64,000 nucleotides of DNA from an uncultured Thermoleophilia bacterium (GCA_963702475.1 CAVPCT010000001.1:96001-160000), one strand, 5' to 3'. Counted from the first letter of the stretch, positions 48,620-59,356 are shown. Numbers and translations: made by a program. Notes: generated by a model not told the origin, from the letters alone.

Positions 48620-49951
48620 GTGGCCGCAGACGCACAGGAGGGCGCCTCCGGAGCGGGCTCGACACCGCCCGGCGACGCAGCTCCGCAGGAGGACGCCGGC
48701 TGGATGCGGCTGCTGTACGTCCACGTCGTCGTCGTGTCGCTCATCGCGGCGGTGGTCGTCGCCCTGTGGTTCATCCTGTTCGAGGTCGTCAACGAGCTCA
48801 TCTGGAGCGGGTCGTTCGTCGCGGACCACGCCTGGATGTTCCCGGTCGTCTGCCTGCCGCTGGCGCTGGCGGTCGGGCTGCTCGTCAAGTACGCGAAGGC
48901 CCCCAGCAACCTGGACGGGTCGCTGTTGGACAGCCTCACCGGCGACGTCGACGACATCAAGTGGAGGCTTCTGCCGGCGACGATCGCCACATCGCTGGCG
49001 TCGCTCTGGTCGGGCGCCGTCCTCGGGCCCGAAGGCGCCATCGGCAACATCTCGAGCCGCCTCGCGGCGCTCTACTGCGACCTGTTCAGGATCCCGGCCG
49101 AGCACCGCGCGAAGCTCGTCTACGGCAGCGTTGCCGCCGGCTACAACGGCCTGCTCGAGAATCCCATCTTCGCCGCCGTGCTCGGCACCGAGGTCGCGGG
49201 CACCCGGCAGAGCGGCCTCGCGGTGCTGCCTGCCAACCTCATCGGCGGCGGTGTGGGCTACGGCGTGTTCCTCGCCCTCCATAACACCGGGTTCGTGAAC
49301 TTCCTGCACCTGCCGGCGGTGACCGACTACCGGATCGTCGACGCCGTCGTCATGGTGCCGCTGGCGCTGGTCGGCCTGGTTCTTGCAGTGCTCACCGGGC
49401 TCCTCATGAAGGCGGCCGAACGGTTCTTCGGGCGTCTCAAGGAGCGCGTCGTCCTGCGCGCCCTGATCGCCGGCGTGATCTTCAGCGTGGTGGGCGTGTT
49501 CGCGCCGGTCATGATGTTCTCCGGCGAGACGCAGGTGCAGACGGTCATCAAGGACGCCGCCGGCTACGGCATCGCCCTGCTGCTCGTCATGGCCGTCGCC
49601 AAGCTCGCGCTGCTCGCCGTGGGCTTCAGGAGCGGGTTCCTCGGCGGGCCCACCTTCCCGCTCATCTTCGCCTCCACCAGCGTGGCGCTGGCACTGAACC
49701 TGGCCATTCCGAGCATCCCCGTGACGATCTTGGTGGCCGGCATCATGACGGGCGCGATCTACCCGCTGTTCAGGACCCCGCTCATGGTCGTCCTGCTCAC
49801 GGGGTTCATGCTGGCCGCCGACGCCACGCTCGTGGCCCTCATCGTGCTGGCACTGGCCACGGTGATGATCGTCACGCCGCCGCTGCAGCGCCGCATGGCG
49901 GCGCGCCAGGCGGCGCGCGCGGCCGGCGACGGCCCGGCTCAGCCGGGCTGA
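48620..49951 (+). CDS. ClC-family chloride channel/antiporter-like protein
   Basis: GAVLGPEG (gating Glu motif), GFLGGPTFP, about 11 TM helices. Confidence 0.8.
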   Translation: MAADAQEGASGAGSTPPGDAAPQEDAGWMRLLYVHVVVVSLIAAVVVALWFILFEVVNELIWSGSFVADHAWMFPVVCLPLALAVGLLVKYAKAPSNLDGSLLDSLTGDVDDIKWRLLPATIATSLASLWSGAVLGPEGAIGNISSRLAALYCDLFRIPAEHRAKLVYGSVAAGYNGLLENPIFAAVLGTEVAGTRQSGLAVLPANLIGGGVGYGVFLALHNTGFVNFLHLPAVTDYRIVDAVVMVPLALVGLVLAVLTGLLMKAAERFFGRLKERVVLRALIAGVIFSVVGVFAPVMMFSGETQVQTVIKDAAGYGIALLLVMAVAKLALLAVGFRSGFLGGPTFPLIFASTSVALALNLAIPSIPVTILVAGIMTGAIYPLFRTPLMVVLLTGFMLAADATLVALIVLALATVMIVTPPLQRRMAARQAARAAGDGPAQPG

Positions 49952-50093
49952 GCTGAGCCGTTCCAGGGGCGTCGCTCACTCGGCGGCGCCGCGCCAGGCC
50001 CGCGCCACCCGCACGGCCCCTTCACGGCGGCAGCCTGAGGGATTGATGGGTCGGCCCTGTCGGGGCGGCCCGCGCTCCGGTATGCTGCCGAAC

Positions 50094-50111
50094 AGTTACC
50101 TGCAGGTAACT
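50094..50111. promoter_or_regulatory. Perfect 18-bp palindromic operator just downstream of a TATGCT -10 element
   Basis: AGTTACCTGCAGGTAACT; -10 TATGCT at 50081-50086. Confidence 0.75.
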
Positions 50112-50165
50112 CGCCGCGTTCGACACCCGATGTGCGGATGGCTGCGGCCACAAGGAGGCACACTC

Positions 50166-53069
50166 TTGAGCGACACCTATGATCTCGTCCTCGCCGCTTA
50201 CCCGTCGCTGGACGCGGCCCAGAAGGACTTCGACGCGCTCGTCGCGCTCGTGAAGGACAAGAAGGCCCGGAGCGACGGCATGATCATGGTCCGCCGCGAC
50301 GACGCCGGCGAGGTGCACGTCACCGACACCGGCAACCACCTCGGCCGCAAGGGCGCCGGGTGGGGCGGCGGCGTGGGCGTGCTCGTCGGCCTGGCCGCGC
50401 CGCCCCTGCTGGGCGCCGTCGCCGTCGGCGCCGCGGCCGGCGGTATCGCCGGCAGGTTCGCCAAGCACAAGGCGGACAGCGGCCTCGAAGCCGGCATGGC
50501 CGACAAGCTCAAGCCCGGCACGGCCGCCATCATCGCGATGATCGACGCCGACGACCGCCTCCCCGCCGAGATGGCTCTCGCCGGCTCGCCGGCCAAGTCG
50601 GTCGCTCCCATGGACAAGAAGGGCGTGCGCGGGCTCAAGGACGCGCTCAACGAAGCCGCCGGCAAGTTCACGCCGGACCGCACCGTACTGCCCATCCCGG
50701 ACCGCACCTACGGCGGGGCCTGCGGTCACACGATCGCCGAGTCAGCTCCGGACTGGTCCTTCATCCCCGGCCCCTCCGCCCCCGAGGGCGCGCCCAATGT
50801 GCTCATCGTGCTCATCGACGACGCGGGCTTCGGCGGTCCCGACACGTTCGGCGGCGGCATCTCCACGCCCAACCTCAGCCGCGTCCAGGAGATGGGGGTC
50901 ACGTACAACAGCTTCCACGTGACCGCCGTGTGCTCCCCGACGCGCGCCGCCCTGCTCACGGGTCGTAACCACCACCGCGTCGGCATGGGCGGCATCGCCG
51001 AGTTCCCGGCGCCGTTCCCCGGGTACACGGGCACCAGGCCGCGCAGCTGCACGGCCTTGCCGCGCATCCTCAAGGAGAACGGCTACGTCACCGGCGGCTT
51101 CGGCAAGTGGCACATGACGCCTGGGCGCGAGATGGGCGCGGCGGGGACCTTCGACCACTGGCCGCTGGGCTGGGGCTTCGACCACTGGTGGGGCTTCCTT
51201 ACCGGCGCCGCCGGCCAGTACGACCCGATCATCACCCAGGACAACTCCACCCTGGGCGTGCCCGAGGGCGACGACGGCAAGCTCTACTATTTCCCCGATG
51301 ACATCACCGACAAGTCCGTCGAGTGGCTCCACGCCGTCCGCGCCCACGACCCCCACAAGCCGTGGTTCCTCTACTACTCCACCGGCTGCAGCCACGCTCC
51401 GCACCACGTCGACAAGGCCTGGGCGGACAAGTACAAGGGCAGGTTCGACGAGGGCTGGGACGTGTACCGCGAACAGACGCTCGAGCGCCAGAAGAAGCTC
51501 GGCATCGTGCCGGCCGACACCGAGCTCACCGAGCGTCCCGACCTCTTCCCCGCCTGGGACAGCCTGAGCGACGCGCAGAAGGAGCTGTACGCGCGCCAGA
51601 TGGAGGTCTTCGCAGGCTACTCAGAGAACGCGGACTGGAACGTCGGCCGCCTGCTCGACGCCGTCGATGAGCTCGGTGAGCTCGACAACACGCTCGTCAT
51701 CTACATCTGGGGCGACAACGGCGCCAGCATGGAAGGCACGCTCACCGGCTCGTTCAACGAGACGACCTTCTTCAACGGCGTCGTGCTCGAAGCCGACGAG
51801 CAGCTCGAGATCATCGACCGGTACGGCGGCGTCGAGGAGCTGGGCGGCTTCCACACGGCCCCGCACTTCGCTGCCGCGTGGGCGCACGCCAACAACACTC
51901 CCTTCCAGTGGGGCAAGCAGATGGCGAGTCATCTGGGCGGTGACGTGGATCCGATGGTCGTCGCCTGGCCGAGCCGCATCAAGCCCGACGCGGCCGTGCG
52001 CTCCCAGTTCACACACTGCATCGACATCGTCCCGACCGTCCTGGAGCTCGCCGGTATCCCCGAGCCGGCGAACGTGGACGGCATCGAGCAGGAACCGATG
52101 GACGGCACCAGCTTCGCCTACACGCTCGACGACGCCACGGCGGCGGAACAGCACACCGTCCAGTACTTCGAGATGTACGGCAGCCGCGCCATCTACAAGG
52201 ACGGCTGGTGGGCCTGCGCCAAGCTCGACAAGATCCCGTGGGACTTCTCGCCGGCGACGCTCCAGAAGTTCGGCCCGGGCGGGAGCTGGGATCCCGAGCA
52301 CGACCGGTGGGAGCTCTACTACCTGCCGGACGATTTCAGCCAGGCGCACGACCTCGCGGCCGCGCATCCGGAGAGGCTCATCGAGCTCAAGCAGCTCTTC
52401 TGGCAGGAGGCCGAGCGCAACCGCGTGCTGCCGCTGCTCGGCGGCTATGCGGTGTTCTTCGGCATGCTGCCTCCGATGCCGACGATGACCCGTCTCGACT
52501 TCGCCGGCGACGTCCAGAACATCCAGACGACGATGATCCCGCGCGTCATCGGCCGGTCGTACGCCATCGAGGCGGAGGTGACGGTGCCGGAGGGCGGCGC
52601 CGAGGGCGTGCTGTGCGCGTTCGCCGACTTCATCGGCGGCTTCGCGCTCTGGGTCGATGAGAAGGGGCTCTTGAACCACACGTACCAGTTCCTCGGTGTG
52701 GAGACCTACAAGCAGACCTCGACCGAGCCCATCCCGACCGGCGACGTGAAGCTGAAGATGCTGTTCGAGGCCGACGCGCCCACGCCGGGCACGGGCGGCA
52801 AGGCCACCCTGTGGGCCGGGGAGAAGCAGATCGGCGAGGGCCGCATCGACAAGACCATCTCGCTCATCTTCACCACGTACGCGGGCATGGACATGGGCCG
52901 CGACAACGGCGGCGTCGTGGACCTGGCCTACGAGGACAGGGCGCCCTACGCGTTCACGGGCACCCTCAGGAAGGTCACCTTCGACCTGCAGCCCCACCCG
53001 CACGCGGACGAGCTGGCGCTGCACGCCCACCACGCGGAGCAGGAGGTCGGGGCCGGCGCCGCGGGCTGA
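50166..53069 (+). CDS. DUF1269-arylsulfatase fusion (Cys-type type I sulfatase)
   Basis: RBS AGGAGG plus TTG; N-terminal glycine-zipper domain; PNVL.VL.DD.G, CSPTRAALLTGR (FGly motif), GKWH, HAPHH, GDNG. Confidence 0.88.
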   Translation: MSDTYDLVLAAYPSLDAAQKDFDALVALVKDKKARSDGMIMVRRDDAGEVHVTDTGNHLGRKGAGWGGGVGVLVGLAAPPLLGAVAVGAAAGGIAGRFAKHKADSGLEAGMADKLKPGTAAIIAMIDADDRLPAEMALAGSPAKSVAPMDKKGVRGLKDALNEAAGKFTPDRTVLPIPDRTYGGACGHTIAESAPDWSFIPGPSAPEGAPNVLIVLIDDAGFGGPDTFGGGISTPNLSRVQEMGVTYNSFHVTAVCSPTRAALLTGRNHHRVGMGGIAEFPAPFPGYTGTRPRSCTALPRILKENGYVTGGFGKWHMTPGREMGAAGTFDHWPLGWGFDHWWGFLTGAAGQYDPIITQDNSTLGVPEGDDGKLYYFPDDITDKSVEWLHAVRAHDPHKPWFLYYSTGCSHAPHHVDKAWADKYKGRFDEGWDVYREQTLERQKKLGIVPADTELTERPDLFPAWDSLSDAQKELYARQMEVFAGYSENADWNVGRLLDAVDELGELDNTLVIYIWGDNGASMEGTLTGSFNETTFFNGVVLEADEQLEIIDRYGGVEELGGFHTAPHFAAAWAHANNTPFQWGKQMASHLGGDVDPMVVAWPSRIKPDAAVRSQFTHCIDIVPTVLELAGIPEPANVDGIEQEPMDGTSFAYTLDDATAAEQHTVQYFEMYGSRAIYKDGWWACAKLDKIPWDFSPATLQKFGPGGSWDPEHDRWELYYLPDDFSQAHDLAAAHPERLIELKQLFWQEAERNRVLPLLGGYAVFFGMLPPMPTMTRLDFAGDVQNIQTTMIPRVIGRSYAIEAEVTVPEGGAEGVLCAFADFIGGFALWVDEKGLLNHTYQFLGVETYKQTSTEPIPTGDVKLKMLFEADAPTPGTGGKATLWAGEKQIGEGRIDKTISLIFTTYAGMDMGRDNGGVVDLAYEDRAPYAFTGTLRKVTFDLQPHPHADELALHAHHAEQEVGAGAAG

Positions 53070-53341
53070 GCCGGACGGCGGGCGCGGCGGCAACGAGCTT
53101 GAGGAGGCGGGGGAGGGGCGAAGCCGGCCCCTCCCCCGCCGCACAGTGCGGCCGCGCCGGCGGCGGGAAGGGAGCGAGGACAGGGCGGTGCGACGGGGGC
53201 GATCTTGGCCGCGCCAACGCCGGTCGCCCGAGACAACACGCGCGCCGCGCCGTAGGCTGTGCCCGGAGCGGCAGCGCGCCGTTCCTGACGCCCCGCTGTG
53301 ACGCGCGGCCCGGCGGCCGTGCCCGGATGAGAGGTGAGGTC

Positions 53342-54796
53342 GTGGACGAGAGGTCCGTACAGCTCAGGAAGATCGTGCACCTCAGCGTCGACGAGCGTCG
53401 TGCGCTCGGCAAGAAGTGCAGGAGGGAGACGCCGCCGGCGAGTCACGCAGGCTGGCAGCCGGCAGTGGGCCGTCCCGACCCGGTCGTGCTCCTGGAGGCG
53501 CAGGAGGCGACGCGCGAGCCCGACCTCGTGCCCGTCCGGCACGGGCGCATGATGGTGTCGCCGTTCACCTTCTACCGCGGCGCGGCGCGCATCATGGCCG
53601 ACGACCTCAAGGACACGCCGAGGACCGGCCTGAATGTCCAGCTCTGCGGCGACGCGCACCTCTCCAACTTCGGCGGCTTCGCCTCGCCGGAGCGCACCCT
53701 GGTCTTCGACCTCAACGACTTCGACGAGACGCTGCCGGGCCCGTTCGAGTACGACGTCAAGCGCCTGGCGGCCAGCTTCACGATCGCCGCCCGCAACAAC
53801 GGGTTCCGCAAGGCCGACGTGAAGGCCGTGACCCTCGCCTCGGTCAGGGCGTACCGGGAGGCCATGGCCGAGTTCGCGCAGATGGGCGTCATGGAGGTGT
53901 GGTACTCGCACGTCTCTGAGGACGACCTCGTCTCAGGCCTGCGTAAGATAGAGCGCGCCCAGAACAAGACGGCGAGCGAGAAGGCCGACGTCGGGCGCAG
54001 GATCGACAGGCTCGCCACGCTCATCGCCAAGGCCCACACCCGCGACAGCCTCCAGGCGCTCTCGAAGCTGGGTGAACTGGTCGACGGCAGGTACCGCATC
54101 GTGAGCCAGCCGCCGGTGGTGGTCCCCCTTCGAGAGTTCGATGCCATCTACGGCTTCTCCCACGAGGAGATCGAGCGCGTCGTCCACCGGCAGTTCAGGG
54201 ACTACCGGAGCACCTTGCAGCCGGATCGCCGTCACCTGCTCGAGCAGTTCCAGGTGGTCGACGTGGCGCGCAAGGTGGTGGGCGTCGGCAGCGTCGGTAC
54301 CCGCGCCTTCATCGTGCTGCTGCAGGGTCGCGACGAGAGCGACCCGCTCTTCCTGCAGGTCAAGGAGGCCACCGCCTCCGTGCTCGAGGAGCACCTGCCC
54401 CGGAGCCGCTACGCGCAGCACGGTGAGCGCGTGGTGCAGGGCCAGCGGCTCATGCAGGCGGCCAGCGATATCTACCTTGGCTGGACCAAGGGCGCGCAGG
54501 CGGGCCGCTACTTCTACTGGCGGCAGCTGCGCGACATGAAGGTCTCCGTCGAGGTCGAGAACATGATCCCGATGGGCATGGAGTACTACGCCGGCGTCTG
54601 CGGCTGGTCGCTTGCCCGGGCACACGCTCGTTCCGGAGACCCCATCGCCATCAGCGCGAGTCTCGGGAAGAGCGATACGTTCGACAAGGCGATCGTCGAC
54701 TTCTCCAAGCGGTACGCCGACCAGAACGAGCAGGATTACGAGGCGTTCCGCCAGGCAGTCGAGAGCGGGCGCCTGGAGGCGGTGGAGGGGGTCTGA
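53342..54796 (+). CDS. DUF2252 domain protein (kinase-like)
   Basis: R.GRM..SPF.FYRG.A, CGDAHL.NFG, FDLNDFDE, KVVGVGSVG, LQ.KEA, RQLRDMK, LARAHARSGD. Confidence 0.9.
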   Translation: MDERSVQLRKIVHLSVDERRALGKKCRRETPPASHAGWQPAVGRPDPVVLLEAQEATREPDLVPVRHGRMMVSPFTFYRGAARIMADDLKDTPRTGLNVQLCGDAHLSNFGGFASPERTLVFDLNDFDETLPGPFEYDVKRLAASFTIAARNNGFRKADVKAVTLASVRAYREAMAEFAQMGVMEVWYSHVSEDDLVSGLRKIERAQNKTASEKADVGRRIDRLATLIAKAHTRDSLQALSKLGELVDGRYRIVSQPPVVVPLREFDAIYGFSHEEIERVVHRQFRDYRSTLQPDRRHLLEQFQVVDVARKVVGVGSVGTRAFIVLLQGRDESDPLFLQVKEATASVLEEHLPRSRYAQHGERVVQGQRLMQAASDIYLGWTKGAQAGRYFYWRQLRDMKVSVEVENMIPMGMEYYAGVCGWSLARAHARSGDPIAISASLGKSDTFDKAIVDFSKRYADQNEQDYEAFRQAVESGRLEAVEGV

Positions 54797-54850
54797 AGAG
54801 AGGGGGCGCCACGCGGCGCCTCCTCGTCGTCCTGCGCGGTCCCGCCCGCG

Positions 54851-56584
54851 CTAGTCTTCGTCCGCTGCCGCCCCGCGCAGCCACCTCCACGTGAGGCGCA
54901 GCACGATGAGGAAGGCGATGATCAGCGCCAGGATGAGCATGAGCGGGATCAGCCGCGAGAGCATGTCCCAGATGGAGCCTTCGGGGCCGGCGGCGGCGAT
55001 GCCGTAGGAGCCCACGGCCGAGCCGATGATGATGCCGACGAGCATGATGGCGATGACGATCTCGCGCCCGAGGCGGGTCAGCCGGCTGACCTCCTTGGAC
55101 AGCTGCGACGTGTCCACGGTGATCTCGAAGCGGCCCTTCTGGTACTGGTCGAGCCACTTCATGGTCGCCTCGCTGAGCGTCGGGATGCGCTCGATGACCT
55201 GGCCGCCGATGCCGATGAGCTGCTTCTTGGCCTCGGCGACGATCCTCTCGCCGGTGACCATGTCGAGCGCCATGTCGCGCAGCATGGGCACGCCCTCCTG
55301 AAGGAGTCCGCTGCTGGTGGACAGCGCTCGCGCGACGCTCTCCGTCTGCACGAGCGCCTTGACCGCGAGGGTGAGGTCGGCGTCCAGCCGCAAGCCGTGG
55401 ACGCGCAGCAGCTCGAACCCCTCGTTGGCGATCTGCCCGAACGACACCTTGCGCCCGTGACCCATGTACCGGCCGACGCGGCGCGCGAAGTCGCGCTGGA
55501 AGGCGCGGCTGTCCACCTCGCCGCGGAACGGCACGCTCATGCCCTCCATGGCCGAGGCCATGCCCTCAACGCTGCCCTCCTGGGCGACGACCATGAGCTG
55601 GGCGAGCCGCAGTCGCTTCTGCAGGTCGAGCTCTCCCATCATGCCCAGGTCGATGAACGTCATCCTGCCGGTGTCGAGGTCGATGAGCAGGTTCCCGGGG
55701 TGTGGGTCGGCGTGAAAGAACCCGTCGAGGATCAGTTGCTTGATGAGGGCGCGCAGGGCGTTGCGGGCGATCTCCTCCTTGTCCAGGCCGGCTTGCTCGA
55801 TGGCCCGCACGTCGCTGACCTTGACGCCCTTGATGAACTCCTGGGTGATGATCTTCGACGTGGAGAGGTCGGTGTAGATGGTGGGGACGTGGATGCCGGG
55901 CAGCCCGGCCATGTTCTCGGTGAGCTTCAGGGCGTTGTACGTCTCCCCACGGTAGTCGAGCTCCTCGAGCACGCCGGCCGAGAACTGGTCGATCATGCCG
56001 TAGATGTCGAGCGACCGCGCCGTCTCGGAGCGCTTCGAGGTGACCCTGGCGGCGTTGAGCATGATGCCGAGGTCGGCGCGGACCATGGTGGTGATGTTGG
56101 GACGCTGGACCTTGACGGCCACTGCGGTGCCGTCGAGCAGGGTGGCGCGGTGGACCTGAGCCGTGGAGGCGGCTGCGAAGGCGTAGGGCTCGAAAGAGGC
56201 GTAGAGCTCCTCCGGGGGCGCCCCCAGCTCCTCGACGATGGTCTCGCGGACCTGGTCGGGCGGGAAGGGCGGCACGTCGCTCTGCAGCTTCGTCAGCTCC
56301 GTGGCCCAATCCGCCGGCAGCATGGACGCCTGGCTGGAGACGATCTGCCCGATCTTGACGTAGGTGGGGCCGAGCTCCTCCAGCATCAGGCGGATCTTGA
56401 CCGCGGCGGGCGGCTCCTCCCATTCTCGGGGGAGCCGCCAGACCCAGGTCTGCATCTTGTGGCGGAAGCCGCCGACCCAGGCGTTGTGATCGAGCACGGC
56501 GTCCAGCCCGTAGCGCATGAGCGTCTTGTAGACGAGCTGCAGGCGGATGTCCTCGCGGACCTTGTCCAGGGACGAGCGCCTCAC
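54851..56584 (-). CDS. ABC1/AarF/UbiB atypical kinase family protein
   Basis: ELGPTY.K.GQ, AAAS.AQVH.A, VAVKVQRP, ELDY, FFHADPHPGN, IDLG; C-terminal TM helices. Confidence 0.9.
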   Translation of the reverse strand: MRRSSLDKVREDIRLQLVYKTLMRYGLDAVLDHNAWVGGFRHKMQTWVWRLPREWEEPPAAVKIRLMLEELGPTYVKIGQIVSSQASMLPADWATELTKLQSDVPPFPPDQVRETIVEELGAPPEELYASFEPYAFAAASTAQVHRATLLDGTAVAVKVQRPNITTMVRADLGIMLNAARVTSKRSETARSLDIYGMIDQFSAGVLEELDYRGETYNALKLTENMAGLPGIHVPTIYTDLSTSKIITQEFIKGVKVSDVRAIEQAGLDKEEIARNALRALIKQLILDGFFHADPHPGNLLIDLDTGRMTFIDLGMMGELDLQKRLRLAQLMVVAQEGSVEGMASAMEGMSVPFRGEVDSRAFQRDFARRVGRYMGHGRKVSFGQIANEGFELLRVHGLRLDADLTLAVKALVQTESVARALSTSSGLLQEGVPMLRDMALDMVTGERIVAEAKKQLIGIGGQVIERIPTLSEATMKWLDQYQKGRFEITVDTSQLSKEVSRLTRLGREIVIAIMLVGIIIGSAVGSYGIAAAGPEGSIWDMLSRLIPLMLILALIIAFLIVLRLTWRWLRGAAADED

Positions 56585-57291
56585 CGTGGGGCCTCCTCGT
56601 CGACACCGGAGGAGTCCGCGGTGGGTGCGGCGGCCTCGGCGGGGGCTGTCTCTGCGGCGGCGTCGGCGCCGGCGGCGTCGGGAGCGGCGGACGCGACCGG
56701 CGCGTCACCCGTCCCGACGGTATCCAGGATGGCGGCGGCGACCTCGGTCTGACCGGGAAGCTCTGTCGCCGGCACGATGGGTGCTGTGGTGCCGTGCCTC
56801 GCGACCTTGAGGATGCCCGATTCCACGAGTCCGGGACCGGCCTCCGCGATCTCGTTCTCAACGTCCGGCGGCGCCGAGAGCATGATGGGCGGCGACAGTC
56901 CGAGCAGGTTCTCCAGCAGGGTGTAGACAATGCCGCTGACGATGCCGGCCACGATCGCCCAGAGGATGTGCTCCACGTGGAAGCGGTCGGGGAAGATGGC
57001 GCTGAGCAGCCAGAGCATCACCGTGTTGATCACCACGATGACGAGCCCGTAGGAGACGAAGATCAGCGGCAGCAGCAGCAACTGGAAGAGCGGCTTGATG
57101 AAGGCGTTGAGCAGACCGAACACGCCGCTGATGACGACGTAGGAGATGATGGGGTAGGCGCCGGCGAAGAACACATGGGGCACCAGCAGCACCGTGAGGG
57201 CCAGCGTGATGGCGCTGACGAGCCAGCGCATGAGGAACGGCCGCACGCGGAAGTGCAGCTGAAGATGCGACTTCGAGTCCCTGCGCGCCAC
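56581..57291 (-). CDS. 4-TM membrane protein (phage holin family / DUF360-like) with acidic tail
   Basis: GLLNAFIKP...LP....GL..VVIN..ML; RBS GGAGG; GTGA overlap with the kinase gene. Confidence 0.8.
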   Translation of the reverse strand: MARRDSKSHLQLHFRVRPFLMRWLVSAITLALTVLLVPHVFFAGAYPIISYVVISGVFGLLNAFIKPLFQLLLLPLIFVSYGLVIVVINTVMLWLLSAIFPDRFHVEHILWAIVAGIVSGIVYTLLENLLGLSPPIMLSAPPDVENEIAEAGPGLVESGILKVARHGTTAPIVPATELPGQTEVAAAILDTVGTGDAPVASAAPDAAGADAAAETAPAEAAAPTADSSGVDEEAPR

Positions 57292-57508
57292 TCGGCCTCC
57301 CTCCGGCGGGGCCCACAAGGGGCGCCCGACGCCAATACTATCGGCAGCTGCCGTTTTGCTCCACAGGCATCGGGTCTTTCGCCACGGCCGCCTGTATGCC
57401 TCCGCTGCGCCCGGACGCGATGGGCCGGGCCGCCGGCGCTCCCCCCGGCGGCCGCGCGCGTGTATCGTTGCGGGACGATGGCCGAGCCCACCTCACCGGA
57501 CTGAACGC

Positions 57509-59356
57509 GTGGCCGTGCGTCCAGGGGGCGTCGAGACGTGGGTGCCCGGGGTCCGCGTGGTGCGCTCCTACAAGCGGCAGTGGTTGCGCGCGGACCTCGT
57601 GGCGGGCATCGTGCTCGCCGCCATCCTCGTCCCGCAGGGGATGGCGTACGCCGAGCTGGCCGGGCTGCCTGCGGTCACCGGCCTGTACACCACCGTCGCC
57701 TGCCTGGTCGCCTACGCCGTCTTCGGCCCCTCGCGCGTGCTCGTGCTCGGGCCGGACTCCTCGGTCTCCCCCCTCATCCTGACGGCCATCGCCCCGTTGG
57801 TTGCCGGCGGCGACCCGGCCACGGCCATCGTGCTGGCCGGGATGATGGCCATCTTCGTCGGCCTCATCGAGGTCGGGCTCGGGCTCGGCAAGCTCGGGTT
57901 CGTCGCCGACCTGCTGTCCAAAGAGGTCCAGGTCGGCTACATGAACGGCCTCGGCATCACCATCATCGTGGGTCAGCTGCCCAAGCTCTTCGGCTTCTCC
58001 ACCGACGCCGACGGCTTCATCCCCGAGGTGCAGGCCTTTGTCGACGGCCTGGACCAGACCAACGCGGCCACCCTGCTCACGGGCCTCGCCTGCCTGGCCG
58101 TGCTCTTCGGCCTTCCACGTCTGACGCGCAAGGTCCCCGCGGTGCTGGTCGCCGTCATCGGCGCCACCGTGGTGTCCGCCGTGCTGGACCTCTCGGCGGG
58201 CTACGCGGTCAAGACCGTCGGCGTCCTCCCGCAGGGGGTACCGGCGCCGAGCTTTCCGTGGACGAGCATCGCCGACGTCGGCCCGCTGCTCATCGCCGCC
58301 GTCGGCATCACGCTCGTCTCGCTCACCGACACCATCGCCAACTCGACGACCTTCGCGGCGCGGCGCGGCGACGAGGTGTACCCGAACCAGGAGATGATCG
58401 GCGTCGGCGTGTCCAACATCGCCGCCGGTTTCTTCCAGGGGTTCGCCGTGTCGACGAGCAGCTCGCGCACGGCGGTCGCGGAGCAGTCGGGCGCCAAGTC
58501 GCAGGTGACCGGCCTCATCGGCGCAGGCATCGTCGCGGCGCTGCTGCTGTTCTTCAACGGGCTGCTTGCGGACCTGCCGCAGGCCACGCTCGCCGCGGTC
58601 GTGATCGTCGCGGCGATCTCCCTGATGGATTGGGGCGTCCTCGTGCGCTACGCGCGCGTGCGCAAGAGCGCCCTGCTGATCGCCCTGGCCGCCACGCTCG
58701 GCGTGGTCCTTTTCGGGGTGTTGTGGGGCATCCTCGTGGCGGTGATCCTCGCCATCTTCGTGTTCTTCAAGCGCAACTGGTGGCCGCACGGCGCCGTTCT
58801 GGGCAAGTCGCAGGACGACCACACCTGGCACAGCGTCGAGGACTTCCCGGAGGCACACGAGGTGCCCGGCATCGTGGTCTTCCGCTGGGAGGCGCCGCTC
58901 TTCTTCGCCAATGCGGGGATGTTCCGCGACCGCGTCCGGGCTCTGGTCAGGGAGCGGCAGCCGTCCTGGGTCGTCCTCCAGTGCGAGGCCGTCACCGACA
59001 TCGACGTGACGGCGGCGGAGATGCTGGAGCAGCTGGACAAGGAGCTGAACCGCCAGGGCGTGCATCTGGCCTTCGCCGAGCTGCGCTCGCGCCTGCAGGA
59101 GCTCGTCCTGCAGTACGGGCTGCTGGAGACGCTGGACCGGGGCCACTTCTACCCCTCCCTCAAGGTCGCCGTACGGGCAGTGAGGGAGATGGGGCGGCTG
59201 CCGGCGGAGGCCGGTGGGGTGGAGAAGGAGGCCGGCCGGGCGGCGGCGCCGGAGGAGGCGCAGGCCGAGGAGGCGCAGGCGAGGGCGTCGGAGCCGGCGA
59301 GGACGGAGAGCCGGGGGCGGGACGACGAGGGGACGACAGGGGGGACGGCCGGCTGA
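57509..59356 (+). CDS. Second SulP/SLC26 anion transporter with STAS domain
   Basis: DLVAG, PQGMAYAELAGLP..GLY, NQEM, SSSRT, STAS PLFFANA, DIDVT; start uncertain. Confidence 0.9.
   Translation: MAVRPGGVETWVPGVRVVRSYKRQWLRADLVAGIVLAAILVPQGMAYAELAGLPAVTGLYTTVACLVAYAVFGPSRVLVLGPDSSVSPLILTAIAPLVAGGDPATAIVLAGMMAIFVGLIEVGLGLGKLGFVADLLSKEVQVGYMNGLGITIIVGQLPKLFGFSTDADGFIPEVQAFVDGLDQTNAATLLTGLACLAVLFGLPRLTRKVPAVLVAVIGATVVSAVLDLSAGYAVKTVGVLPQGVPAPSFPWTSIADVGPLLIAAVGITLVSLTDTIANSTTFAARRGDEVYPNQEMIGVGVSNIAAGFFQGFAVSTSSSRTAVAEQSGAKSQVTGLIGAGIVAALLLFFNGLLADLPQATLAAVVIVAAISLMDWGVLVRYARVRKSALLIALAATLGVVLFGVLWGILVAVILAIFVFFKRNWWPHGAVLGKSQDDHTWHSVEDFPEAHEVPGIVVFRWEAPLFFANAGMFRDRVRALVRERQPSWVVLQCEAVTDIDVTAAEMLEQLDKELNRQGVHLAFAELRSRLQELVLQYGLLETLDRGHFYPSLKVAVRAVREMGRLPAEAGGVEKEAGRAAAPEEAQAEEAQARASEPARTESRGRDDEGTTGGTAG

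Noticed and set aside
56581-57291. Prophage lysis cassette
   Set aside because: This holin-family name covers ordinary chromosomal membrane proteins; no phage genes, integrase or endolysin nearby.
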